A stretch of DNA of 64,000 nt from Faecousia sp. (GCA_050872865.1 JBNMHR010000004.1:19350-83349); one strand, 5' to 3'. Shown: positions 29,742-38,550, counted from the stretch's first letter. The notes: generated by a model not told the origin, from the sequence alone. Program-made: numbers and translations.

Positions 29742-30191
29742 TCATACTTCCTTGTTCTTTTTCTTAGCCTCCGCAGAATTCGTGACCATGCCGCCGTAGG
29801 TCATGCCGTAGAGACCGGCGAAGCGGCCCATGGTATAGTCTCCTGCTTCCAGCATCCATTTTTCGGGGGCGGCACCCTGGAAGACGAAGTACAGCTTCCG
29901 GCCTGCCAGGTCGCGGGCATCCACCTTCCCGTAAAAACGGTCCAGCACATTCCGGACGCTGCCGCAGATGTTGTGCCAGTACACCGGGGAGCCGATGACG
30001 ATGATATCCGCCTTTTTCATGGCGTCGATCACCTTGTCCAGCCCGTCCCCGGGGAGGTTCTGGCCGTAGGCACCGATGGTGTAGTCAGTCAAGTTCAGGG
30101 TCTCGTAGTTCTTCCCTTTCAAAAGCTCAGCGGCCAATGCGGCGGTATTGCCGTGCTTGCTGGGGCTGCCGTTGATAAACAAAATATTCAT
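29742..30191 (-). CDS. NAD(P)H-dependent FMN reductase / flavodoxin-like protein
   Basis: INGSPSKHGNT, GSPVYW, DRF. Confidence 0.85.
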   Translation of the reverse strand: MNILFINGSPSKHGNTAALAAELLKGKNYETLNLTDYTIGAYGQNLPGDGLDKVIDAMKKADIIVIGSPVYWHNICGSVRNVLDRFYGKVDARDLAGRKLYFVFQGAAPEKWMLEAGDYTMGRFAGLYGMTYGGMVTNSAEAKKKNKEV

Positions 30192-30212
30192 TTTCGCAAT
30201 TGCTCCTTTTCT

Positions 30213-31370
30213 TTATTTGCACTCCATCAGGATTTCGTACAGCTCTTCGTGGGTCAGCTTCCTGCAGCAGCCGGCGGTGAGGACGGTAGAATCCGCAATG
30301 GCCCCCAAGTCCGTGTCGCCGGGGATGCCCAGTTCATAGAAGGAGGTGGGCAAGCCGATCTCCTTGATGAACGCTGCCAATGCCTCCACACCGGCCAGGG
30401 CCGTCTCCTCGTCGCTGACCTTGGGGGCGATGCCCCATACATTCTGGGCAAACCGGGCAAAGCGCTTGGCCCCATCCTTGCAGATGTGCCGGTACAGTAC
30501 GGGATGGATCACCGCCAGGCCTGCCCCGTGGTTGCAGTTGGTGTAGGCCCCCAGCTGATGCTCCAGCATATGGCACTGGAAATCCGTGACCTTGCCGATC
30601 TTCAGAATGCCGTTTTCCGCCATGCTGGAGGCCCAGGCCAGCTCGCTGCGGGCGTCATAGTTATCGGAGTCCTGGAGCAGCACCCGGATGTTCCGGATGA
30701 CGCTGCGCATGACCGCTTCATTGATGTCGTCGGACAGGTTGTTTTCGCTGGGCTGTCCGAAATAGGTCTCCATGGCGTGGCTCAGAGTATCAAAGGCCCC
30801 GGAGATCACCTGCTTCATGGGTACAGACAGAGAGTAGCTGGGGTCCAGGAACACGAAATCCGCCTGAGCGCCCCAGACGGCGCCTTTGATCTTCTTCTCC
30901 TCGTGGGTGATGACAGCCCCACAGTTCATTTCTGAGCCGGTGCCGAAGACGGTGACAATGGTGCCCAAGGGGATAAACTCCTTTGGCAAGCTGTGCTTTT
31001 CCGTCTCCATGGTCCAGATGTCCTCAGAAAGCTTCGCCTGAGCAGAGACCACCTTGCAGCAGTCGGACACGGAACCGCCGCCGACGGCCAGGATCAGATC
31101 TACCTGGTTTTCCCTTGCCAGCCGAGCGCCCTCCTGGACCTTGGCATAGGTGGGGTTGGGCATGATGCCGGAAAACTCCACGATTTTCTTTCCCTGATCC
31201 TTCAGGATGGACACCACCTCATCATACACGCCGTTATGCTTGATGGAGCCGCCGCCGTAGGCCAGCATCACCGTATCGCCGTAGTCCTTTAGCTGTGCGG
31301 CCAGATGTTCCTTTACGCCGCCTTTTCCAAAGAAAATCTTGGTTTTGTTCTCGTAGATAAAGTTGTTCAT
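30213..31370 (-). CDS. Iron-containing alcohol dehydrogenase (BdhA/YqhD-like)
   Basis: GGGSIK, PNPTY, AVGGGSVSD, GTGSE, metal ligands D...H, H..EH and HGAGL. Confidence 0.92.
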   Translation of the reverse strand: MNNFIYENKTKIFFGKGGVKEHLAAQLKDYGDTVMLAYGGGSIKHNGVYDEVVSILKDQGKKIVEFSGIMPNPTYAKVQEGARLARENQVDLILAVGGGSVSDCCKVVSAQAKLSEDIWTMETEKHSLPKEFIPLGTIVTVFGTGSEMNCGAVITHEEKKIKGAVWGAQADFVFLDPSYSLSVPMKQVISGAFDTLSHAMETYFGQPSENNLSDDINEAVMRSVIRNIRVLLQDSDNYDARSELAWASSMAENGILKIGKVTDFQCHMLEHQLGAYTNCNHGAGLAVIHPVLYRHICKDGAKRFARFAQNVWGIAPKVSDEETALAGVEALAAFIKEIGLPTSFYELGIPGDTDLGAIADSTVLTAGCCRKLTHEELYEILMECK

Positions 31371-31407
31371 AAGAAACCCTCCTGTGGTTTTTGAATTCTG
31401 TATGTTC

Positions 31408-31438
31408 ATTATAGCTACCGGTTGTTACAATCGGTCAA
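31408..31438 (-). promoter_or_regulatory. MerR-type promoter with dyad operator for the Fe-ADH operon
   Basis: TTGACC-N19-TATAAT with dyad ACCGATTGTAACAACCGGT. Confidence 0.85.
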
Positions 31439-31607
31439 GGTTTTGGAAAAAAACGATTGTAAACTTTTTGTGGACTTCGCCGCAAAAACAGACGGCATAT
31501 CCATGCGGCACATTTGTATACTCAGTCGCTCGTGTATCCGGCTGATACACGAGCGCTCCCCGGAGCACAACCGGCTCCGGGGGTCCCCTGTCCATGGATT
31601 TTCGATG

Positions 31608-32285
31608 TTATTCCGCTTTTCTCCCGCGCCGTCTCAGAAGCTTTGTCAGATAGTGCCCGATCCATACGAAGGTCCCGGTGACCGCCAGGTAGTCCAGAAA
31701 GAAAACGATCAGCGGCTCTTCAAAGTTAAAAAATACGAATTCACTTTTTAAGAACATGTAATTGCCGATTTCCCGATGGGCAAAGGCAAAGAGACCGTAA
31801 ATTGCGATGGCCGCTGCCGCCAGGCGAAGAAGCCAGGTGCGTTTTGGAAAACTGGGCCCGAGCCGCTTTTTTGCCATTTGCAGCATCATGCCCCAGTGGA
31901 GCCCCAGGTGCAGGGCCATCAGCACAAAGCCCCAGTAGGAGCTGAGCATGTGCAGGGTCCGGGCCCAGCTCTGGCCCTGCCGGATGTTCAGAAAGGCAAG
32001 GGCATATTCCGAAAGGACCATGCCGCTGACCATGGAGCTGAGCATACACAGTAGTAGCAGCGCCGCCAATGCCGTTTGCAGGGTCCGCAAGGGCGTATAC
32101 CGGCCTTTGAAAAGATTCTTCGTCCATTTGCCGTTGAGAATATGGTGCAAGACAAACAGGACGAACATCGCCATGCCGATCCATTCGTGGGCCGCCTTTC
32201 CGATAAGCTCATAGGCCATCAGAAGCAGCAGGGCCACGGTCATGGCGGCATCCACTACAAGCTTTATGATCATCTTTGGCTTCAT
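31608..32285 (-). CDS. DUF4405 cytochrome-b-like membrane protein (second paralog)
   Basis: HEWIG...LHH and LHMLSSYWGFVLMALHLGLHW; visibly paralogous to 22106-22768. Confidence 0.82.
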   Translation of the reverse strand: MKPKMIIKLVVDAAMTVALLLLMAYELIGKAAHEWIGMAMFVLFVLHHILNGKWTKNLFKGRYTPLRTLQTALAALLLLCMLSSMVSGMVLSEYALAFLNIRQGQSWARTLHMLSSYWGFVLMALHLGLHWGMMLQMAKKRLGPSFPKRTWLLRLAAAAIAIYGLFAFAHREIGNYMFLKSEFVFFNFEEPLIVFFLDYLAVTGTFVWIGHYLTKLLRRRGRKAE

Positions 32286-32309
32286 GGGAATTGGGCCTCC
32301 TCCTGAAAA

Positions 32310-33032
32310 TCAGTTTGCCAGCAGAGAATCCGTCCAGGTCTTTACCGCCGCCTGGGCCCCGGGTACGCTGTTCCGGGAGACGGACAATCCGTTTTCGATC
32401 ACCGTGGCATTGGGCTGCAGGCTCTGGATGGTGCGGATGGTGCCGGAGAAGCCGCTGCCGCCGTGGGTCACAAAGGGGATGATGGTCTTGCCGGAAAAAT
32501 CGTACTCCTCAAAGAAGGTGTACATAGGCATAGGCAGGTCTGCGTTCCAGTTGGGGTAGCCCACGATAATATAGTCGTAGTCCTCCAGGTTTTCAATATG
32601 GGTGGCCAGCTCCGGCCGGGCGTGGTCGCTCTTTTCGTTGTAGGCAAAGTCCAGCAAGGGCGCATGGCTGCCGGGATAGGTCTGCACCGTGCGGATGGCA
32701 AACAGATCCCCACCCAGGTTCTTCTGAATTTCCCGGGCAATGAACTCCGTATTGCCGGAGACGCCCTCATCCGTAGCCACCCGACTGGCCCCCGCCACCG
32801 TATCCACGCCGTCGGTTTCCGGCATTGTAAAGTAGGCAATGAGAATGTTGGCGCTGGAAGCAGACTCGGCAGCTTCCGTCTCACCGGAGTCCGGCTGGGA
32901 AGTATTTTCAGTGGTCTCCGTCTGCTGGGGCCGCTCAATGACGCCCTGGGCGGCCGTTTGCTGCTTGCTTCCGCAGGCCGCCAGGGACAGCAGCAGGGAT
33001 ACGGTCAAAAGGGATACCGTTAATTTTTTCAT
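32310..33032 (-). CDS. Lipoprotein flavodoxin
   Basis: Lipobox LAAC, acidic linker, IAYFT...GNTE, GYPNWNA, PFVTHGGSG. Confidence 0.87.
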   Translation of the reverse strand: MKKLTVSLLTVSLLLSLAACGSKQQTAAQGVIERPQQTETTENTSQPDSGETEAAESASSANILIAYFTMPETDGVDTVAGASRVATDEGVSGNTEFIAREIQKNLGGDLFAIRTVQTYPGSHAPLLDFAYNEKSDHARPELATHIENLEDYDYIIVGYPNWNADLPMPMYTFFEEYDFSGKTIIPFVTHGGSGFSGTIRTIQSLQPNATVIENGLSVSRNSVPGAQAAVKTWTDSLLAN

Positions 33033-33046
33033 GTGTATATTCCTCC

Positions 33047-33706
33047 TTACTTTGCAAATCCGTTTGCCGCCAGATATTCCTGGATGCCCTCCGTATCGGA
33101 GGCGCTTACAAACAGGCCCTCGTGGACATTGGCCCCCGCCGCGTTTTCCCGTACAAAGGCCATGGAATTGGCAAACTGCTCCGTATCCATGGAGGCGGAC
33201 TGGGAGAAAGGGTAAATGTCCTTGCCATTGAGATCAAAGCTTTCCAGGAATGTGCCGATGATCATAGGGGCCGTATGCCACCAGATGGGATAGCCTACAA
33301 AAATCGTATCGTATTCGGCAACCGACTCCGGCAGGTTGGCGATCTCCGGCCGGACGTTGGCATCCCGCTCTTCCTTGGCGAGATCCGCGGTGGCGCTGTA
33401 ATCCGCAGGATAGGCGTTTGCAGGCTGCAGCTCCAGAATGTCGGCGCCGGTCTGCTGCTGAATGAATTCCGCCATTTTCCGGGTATTTCCGGAGGTGGAC
33501 CAAGAATAGTAGACCACCAGGGTCTTGCCGTTTTCAGCAGCGGTTTCGGTCGCTTCCGGCGCTTCGGTCTCCGGAACGGTCTGGGTGGGGGCTTCTGTAG
33601 TGCTTGGCTGGGGAGCTTCGGTTTCCTGGGGCTTCTGCGTCTGGCCGCAGGCTGCAAGGCTAAAAATCAAAACGGCAGCCATTAAGAGACTGATTCGTTT
33701 TTTCAT
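33047..33706 (-). CDS. Lipoprotein flavodoxin
   Basis: Lipobox LAAC, Pro/Thr/Glu linker, YYSWSTSGNT, GYPIWWH. Confidence 0.87.
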   Translation of the reverse strand: MKKRISLLMAAVLIFSLAACGQTQKPQETEAPQPSTTEAPTQTVPETEAPEATETAAENGKTLVVYYSWSTSGNTRKMAEFIQQQTGADILELQPANAYPADYSATADLAKEERDANVRPEIANLPESVAEYDTIFVGYPIWWHTAPMIIGTFLESFDLNGKDIYPFSQSASMDTEQFANSMAFVRENAAGANVHEGLFVSASDTEGIQEYLAANGFAK

Positions 33707-33737
33707 ATTCCTGATTCCTCTCTGCTTTTAAGCTGCC

Positions 33738-34502
33738 TTATTTCTGCTGATTGGCTTCCATGATCTCCTGCAGGGAGATATGCTCGTTGCGGTACCGGGC
33801 ATTGGGATTCTTTTCCGGCATGGCCAACCCGATGGCCTTCTGGGGGCAGGCGTGGACGCAGGCCAGGCAGGTCTGACAGTTTCCGGGGGTGTGCACCGCC
33901 TTGCCGTTTACCACACGGATGGAGCCGGAGGGACACACCTTTTCGCAGATGCCGCAACCCACGCAGGCATTCGCCACCCGGATCAGATGCTGCCAGGCGC
34001 CTTCCGGCAGCTTGCTGACCCCTGCCAGGAACTGCCGGTGGGCCGCCCGGTCCGTATCCGTTACGGGAGAAATGGCATTCTTCTTTGCCCGAATGTCGGC
34101 AAGGATGGGCGCAAGCTGCTGCGGGATGTGCTTGTCGATTTGCTTTTGCTCGTTCATGTCGAAGCTGGGCAGCCAGTTGTCTACCATCTGGAGCACGTTG
34201 ATGTAGTTCACCCGGACGCCGCATTCCCGGCAAAGCTGTTCCGCCAGCTCCGCCGCCCCGCCGTGGCGGTTTCCGTAGGTCAAGATCATGTAGAAGTAAT
34301 CCGTATGGAATTGGGCTTTCTTCAGAAAATCCTTGACCATCTGGGGCACCTCATGGCCGTAAACTGGGGCCACAATGCCGATGCTGTCTGCGGTGTAAAT
34401 TTGGTTTTCCTCATGGATGATCTGGGGAATGCTGATGGGCTCTTTTTCGATCTGCTTTGCGATATACAGGCTGTTGCCTGTGCCGGTAAAATAAAAAACC
34501 AT
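33738..34502 (-). CDS. EFR1-type flavodoxin-ferredoxin fusion protein
   Basis: FYFTGTGNS flavodoxin loop plus two 4Fe-4S motifs, CVGCGICEKVCP and CQTCLACVHACP. Confidence 0.9.
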   Translation of the reverse strand: MVFYFTGTGNSLYIAKQIEKEPISIPQIIHEENQIYTADSIGIVAPVYGHEVPQMVKDFLKKAQFHTDYFYMILTYGNRHGGAAELAEQLCRECGVRVNYINVLQMVDNWLPSFDMNEQKQIDKHIPQQLAPILADIRAKKNAISPVTDTDRAAHRQFLAGVSKLPEGAWQHLIRVANACVGCGICEKVCPSGSIRVVNGKAVHTPGNCQTCLACVHACPQKAIGLAMPEKNPNARYRNEHISLQEIMEANQQK

Positions 34503-34565
34503 AGTATTTGCTCCTCTCGGTTGCTTTTTCTTTGGAAGTGTGTTATCATGCGGTTGATAGAACCG

Positions 34566-34596
34566 ATTATACAAACCGGTTGTAACTATCGGTCAA
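34566..34596 (-). promoter_or_regulatory. MerR-type promoter with dyad operator for the EFR1-flavodoxin-DUF4405 operon
   Basis: TTGACC-N19-TATAAT with dyad ACCGATAGTTACAACCGGT, divergent from the MerR gene. Confidence 0.87.
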
Positions 34597-34649
34597 GTGC
34601 TTTTCTAAATTTATTTGTTAATTTTTTATGGATGAAAAGAGGAATTTTC

Positions 34650-35084
34650 ATGCTCTACACCATGATGCAGACCTGTAAGGAAACCGATATGACCTACCAG
34701 GCCCTGAAATTTTACTGCAACGAGGGCCTGGTCCCCAACGTCAAGCGGGACAGCAACAACCGCCGGGTTTTTGACGAGCGGGATGTGAAGTGGATCAAGG
34801 ACCTGACCTGCCTGAAAAAATGCGGCATGAGCATCCAGGAGATGAAGGAATACCTGGACCTGTGCCTCCAGGGAGAATCCACCATCCCCCAGCGAAAGAT
34901 CATGCTGGCCCAAAAGCAGGAAGCCCTGCGTTCCTCCATCCAGGAGCTGGAAGACAGCATCGCCTTTATCGACTGGAAGCAGAATTTTTACGACGAGGTG
35001 CTCTCCGGGAAACGGCCCTATATCAGTAATCTGATCACGGTACAAAAAAAAGAAACGGAAGTACAATCGCCTTCCGTTTCGTGA
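34650..35084 (+). CDS. MerR family regulator (AdhR-like)
   Basis: Start MLYTM at 34650; LKFYCNEGL.P.VKRD.N.RR HTH, CLKKCGMSI, coiled coil; terminator at 35106-35135. Confidence 0.9.
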   Translation: MLYTMMQTCKETDMTYQALKFYCNEGLVPNVKRDSNNRRVFDERDVKWIKDLTCLKKCGMSIQEMKEYLDLCLQGESTIPQRKIMLAQKQEALRSSIQELEDSIAFIDWKQNFYDEVLSGKRPYISNLITVQKKETEVQSPSVS

Positions 35085-35254
35085 TTGCGGATATTCCGTG
35101 ACAACGCCGCCTGGGTTTGATGGGACCCAGGCGGCTTTGGCTTTTACAGGATTTCTAAGTTGGCGGGCAGAAATAAAATATCAGAAAAACATTGCATTCC
35201 TTAAAAGTGTGCAAATGCACAGAAATTAGGAATGGATCTCCATTGCTGAAAACG

Positions 35255-35427
35255 GGGGCTGTTAGAAAAGCATGTCATTGCGAACCAGTGACCGACGTCA
35301 CTGGTGTGGCAATCTCCCGGTTGAATGGAAACGGGTTATTTTACAACCAAAATGTTCCAAAATCCGGGGGATTCCCACGCCAGTGTGCGCACTGGCTCGG
35401 AATGACAGACTGTTTTCTAACAGCCCC
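35255..35427. repeat. REP/REPIN-like palindromic element with outer 15-bp inverted repeats
   Basis: GGGGCTGTTAGAAAA...TTTTCTAACAGCCCC enclosing TGTCATTGCGAACCAGTG...CACTGGCTCGGAATGACA; related copies at 48871 and 52986. Confidence 0.85.
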
Positions 35428-35451
35428 AGGTCTTTTGAGGGCGATTGGGTT

Positions 35452-36384
35452 TTACTTTTCGCCCTTCCATTCCGCCAGGACCCGGCGCATCCGCTTGTCG
35501 ATGTCTTTCCGGGTCTGCAGGCATTCCTTCGGATATTTTCTGGCCGCCGGGAAGGCCCATTTCACGAAGAGGGCTGAGCCCACCGGCAGCATAGTTTTCA
35601 GCATTCCCTCCGGGAAGACGAAGTGGGTGCCATGGGCATAAACTGCCGCCTCCACGTCGCTTTCATGGGGCTTTTCCGCAAGGCGCTTTTCCATCCGGCG
35701 GATGTACCTGGCGGTGTCCCACAGTGCGTCGTCCTCCGCGCCGATCAGCAGCAGCTTTCCCCGGATGTTTTCCACGGGAATATAGGCCTCCGGCTGGATG
35801 GGATGCGCCGCCTCGGAATCGTCAAACAGCTTGCGGGAGTTTACCATATCGCCGGTGCGTTTGCTCTCGGCGGCAATACAGTGCCAATAGTCCGGGTGCT
35901 GATAGCAAAACGGCATGTAAGGCAGCGGTTTGCCCCGGTAGGAAAACAGGGATTCCCCCTCCACCGGCCACTCCTTGCAGCCGTCCCGTTTGCCCTGCAT
36001 AAAGCCCTGCCACACAAAGTCGCTGGGCGTCATGGCAACGGTCAGGGTGAGATCTTTGAGCATGGCCGCCGCCGTCAGTGCCAGCGTCCCGGTGGTGGAT
36101 GCACCGGCAATGCCGATCTTTTTATTGCCGTTGGCTTTCAGCCAGGAAATAGCCGCCTCTATGCGTTCCAGCGGGTAATTGTGATGGTCGTAATTCTTTT
36201 TCGCCGGCGACATGGTAAGCACGTTTACGCCCTGACCGCAAAGCCATTTCGCCGCCGAGCGGGCCAGCCGATCCTCCGGGTCATCCCCGATCATGGCGAT
36301 CATTGCGCAGTCCGCCTCACCGTTGCACGCCCAATACGCGCCGTAGAAACCGTCGGTTTCCACATCAAAGTGTAAGTGCTTCAT
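35452..36384 (-). CDS. Acyl-CoA thioester hydrolase / BAAT C-terminal family alpha/beta hydrolase
   Basis: PLERIEAAISWL, GASTTG, IPVENIRG.LLLI..EDD.LW, HGTH; RBS GGAGG; promoter TTGACA-N17-TATGAT at 36520-36548. Confidence 0.8.
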   Translation of the reverse strand: MKHLHFDVETDGFYGAYWACNGEADCAMIAMIGDDPEDRLARSAAKWLCGQGVNVLTMSPAKKNYDHHNYPLERIEAAISWLKANGNKKIGIAGASTTGTLALTAAAMLKDLTLTVAMTPSDFVWQGFMQGKRDGCKEWPVEGESLFSYRGKPLPYMPFCYQHPDYWHCIAAESKRTGDMVNSRKLFDDSEAAHPIQPEAYIPVENIRGKLLLIGAEDDALWDTARYIRRMEKRLAEKPHESDVEAAVYAHGTHFVFPEGMLKTMLPVGSALFVKWAFPAARKYPKECLQTRKDIDKRMRRVLAEWKGEK

Positions 36385-36555
36385 TTTTCCTCCAATACAG
36401 CATACTACATTGCGTTTCTTCCCCAAAAGGGGTTCTGTTCCTTCATCGCTGTGGCTCTTTTTATTAGTAGCGGCTAACTCTTGCACAAAGTAAGTTAGGA
36501 TACACTAACTGTCAGTCATATCATAGCAATGATTCATTCCGGTGTCAAGATTTCT

Positions 36556-36707
36556 GCAGGCATTCTTTATGGGAACCATTCTCCCCTTATCCCCTGCCGG
36601 TACTCTCAACCCCATGGGCATCAGGCACAAACAAAATGCCAGAGCCCATGCTGGAGGGCCCTGGCAACGATGAAAGGGGTATGGTACGAATCCTACAACG
36701 TACCTGC
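36556..36707 (-). ncRNA. Candidate rod-shaped non-coding RNA, unassigned
   Basis: 152-nt bulged hairpin whose imperfect pairs are G-U only on the minus strand; promoter-like TTCCAT-N17-TACACT with extended TG at 36718-36746. Confidence 0.5.
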
Positions 36708-36774
36708 CTACGCATTTAGTGTAGCATCTTTCACGGCAAAATGGAAATCTCAAAATTATGATATGACATTCCAA

Positions 36775-37248
36775 TCAGCTTCTTTTTCGGGTGGCATAAA
36801 TCGTGCAGTTTTCCTGCCAGGAACCATTTTCCAAAACGGCGACCCGATTCCAGGTAAAGGAATTCTCTTGAATATCCGAAAAAACGTGCATTTCGCCGGG
36901 TTTTTCCAAATTCGTGCCAACCAGCTTCCCGTCCTTCTTTACAAACCGCAGACGGAGCATCGTTGAGCCCTGGGTGCAGGTGACCATATAGCATCGCTCT
37001 TGCGCGCTGTACAGCCGGATCGCGGCGCTGCACTCCGGCTTTCGGTCCGGGCAAAGGAACAGATCTTCCACGGCGGTACCATCCAGGATGCGCCGAAAGA
37101 GCCATTCCCCGCGCGTCTGCCACCGGTTGTTTTTCGCTTTGCTGTAGCAGCTCACGTCCCAGTCCCCGATGAATGGCGCGAACCAATCATCCTCCTTGGG
37201 TATTTTTAAGGTGTACTTACTGACCAATGCATCCGCGAAACGTTCCAT
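36775..37248 (-). CDS. Hypothetical beta-rich protein
   Basis: RBS GGAGG before MERFADAL; FAPFIGDWD and GEWLF.RILDG.AVEDLF; directly follows the LysR gene. Confidence 0.7.
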   Translation of the reverse strand: MERFADALVSKYTLKIPKEDDWFAPFIGDWDVSCYSKAKNNRWQTRGEWLFRRILDGTAVEDLFLCPDRKPECSAAIRLYSAQERCYMVTCTQGSTMLRLRFVKKDGKLVGTNLEKPGEMHVFSDIQENSFTWNRVAVLENGSWQENCTIYATRKRS

Positions 37249-37253
37249 TTGCT

Positions 37254-38144
37254 TTATCCTCCCTGTGTATGATCGTCTACGATCCATTTTAAAAATCCGT
37301 TTTCCAGCACAGAAATGGCGCACTGCGGCTTATAGAGAACGGCATTCTGATAAACCGGTTCCTCCGGCGTTACCGGACGCTGGACCAGACCGGCGGCCCG
37401 CAGAAGCTCTTCCGGCAGTATCTCGGACCACAGATAGGTTGTAGGCAGGCTGCGCAAAAGCTGGATCTGAGAAAGGCGATCCGTTGTGTAGATCCCGTCC
37501 TTTTTCCCTTTCTCTGAATAAAACCGATCCCGATGGAGCAGCTCCGGGTATTCCTCCAGAGCTTTTCCGGAAAGCTGCCCGCTGTTTGCCAGGGGATGCT
37601 TTTCAGAGAGGACCACACGATAGCGTTCACTGGACAGCCGCTGCAATGCCAGTGAACGTTTCTCCGCCTGCTCCTCAAAGAAAGCCCGATATTCCTGGCT
37701 GTAACGAATGACCGCGATCTCTACCACGCCATCACTGAGCAGCTCCAGGGCCTGCCTTGGGTGGCATTCGCGAATCACCGCATCCAGCTGCGCTTCCGGA
37801 AGTAATTTTTCCAGGTACCTCTGGGTCAGGGCCAAATAGCGGTAGGATCTTGGCAGACACACCCGAAATCGGTAGGGCTCCCCATGATTGGGCCCAAGCC
37901 GTTCTATAAATTCCATTTCCCGCAAAATATTTCTGGCATGCCGTAAAAACTGCTCTCCCATTTGCGTAGGGCGTACCCCTTTCCGGGTCCGCTCGAAAAT
38001 CTGAAATCCCACCGTCGCTTCCATATCCCGTAATACCCGGCTCAGATTTGGCTGGCCCATATAGAGGTTTTCGGCCGCCTGGGAAATGGAGCGGGTCCGT
38101 TCAATTTCCACCAGATACAATAGCTGCTGCGTATTGAATGTCAT
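37254..38144 (-). CDS. LysR family transcriptional regulator
   Basis: RSISQAAENLYMGQPNLSR...FERTRKGVRPT..G HTH. Confidence 0.92.
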   Translation of the reverse strand: MTFNTQQLLYLVEIERTRSISQAAENLYMGQPNLSRVLRDMEATVGFQIFERTRKGVRPTQMGEQFLRHARNILREMEFIERLGPNHGEPYRFRVCLPRSYRYLALTQRYLEKLLPEAQLDAVIRECHPRQALELLSDGVVEIAVIRYSQEYRAFFEEQAEKRSLALQRLSSERYRVVLSEKHPLANSGQLSGKALEEYPELLHRDRFYSEKGKKDGIYTTDRLSQIQLLRSLPTTYLWSEILPEELLRAAGLVQRPVTPEEPVYQNAVLYKPQCAISVLENGFLKWIVDDHTQGG

Positions 38145-38265
38145 AAAATATCCGTCCTTTTACGCCAAGTCTTCCATCAAAAAAAGCGGCAGCCCAAAAC
38201 AGGCTGTCGCGAACGTTTTTACGCAACACAAATACCCGGGAACCACCCCCGAGTTTTCTTTGTTC

Positions 38266-38460
38266 CTGTAGGTCTTCTGACTTGTGTCTCAGGCAAGATC
38301 CGCGCTGCCTTCTCAGGTTTCCCCAATGACCGGCTTCCACCGACGCATCAAATCTCTCAACACTTACAGCACCGTTTCCGTGTGGGGACTTGCACCCCGT
38401 TCCCTTTTTAAGCTCCACAGCCGACTTGCGCACAGTGAAGCCACAAGAATCCTTTATATT
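38266..38460 (-). promoter_or_regulatory. Cobalamin (B12) riboswitch
   Basis: Minus strand reads AAAAGGGAACGGGGTGCAAGTCCCC...GCTGTAAG...CATTGGGGAAACCTGAGAAGG...AAGTCAGAAGACCT (B12 box). Promoter TTGACA-N16-TATAAT at 38462-38489; terminator-like hairpin with T-run at about 38179-38210. Confidence 0.92.
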
Positions 38461-38550
38461 CATTATATCCCAAAAATATCAATTGTCAAAGCATTCGACC
38501 CGATTTCAACGAATTGTAATGTGGTATGTCAAAAATGATATGCTTTACAG

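Noticed and set aside
33780-34649. Apparent long N-terminal extension of the MerR ORF (434 aa)
   Set aside because: It overlaps the EFR1 gene in antisense; the RBS and HTH place the real start at 34650.
36390-36515. Possible hammerhead ribozyme or riboswitch in the hydrolase 5' UTR (GCGATGA...GAAAC)
   Set aside because: The core is not CUGAUGA and I could not build the required stems.
36556-36707. Assignment of the rod RNA as SRP RNA, 6S RNA or a type I toxin mRNA
   Set aside because: It lacks the SRP apical motif, a clear central bubble and a hydrophobic small ORF with RBS, so it was left unassigned.
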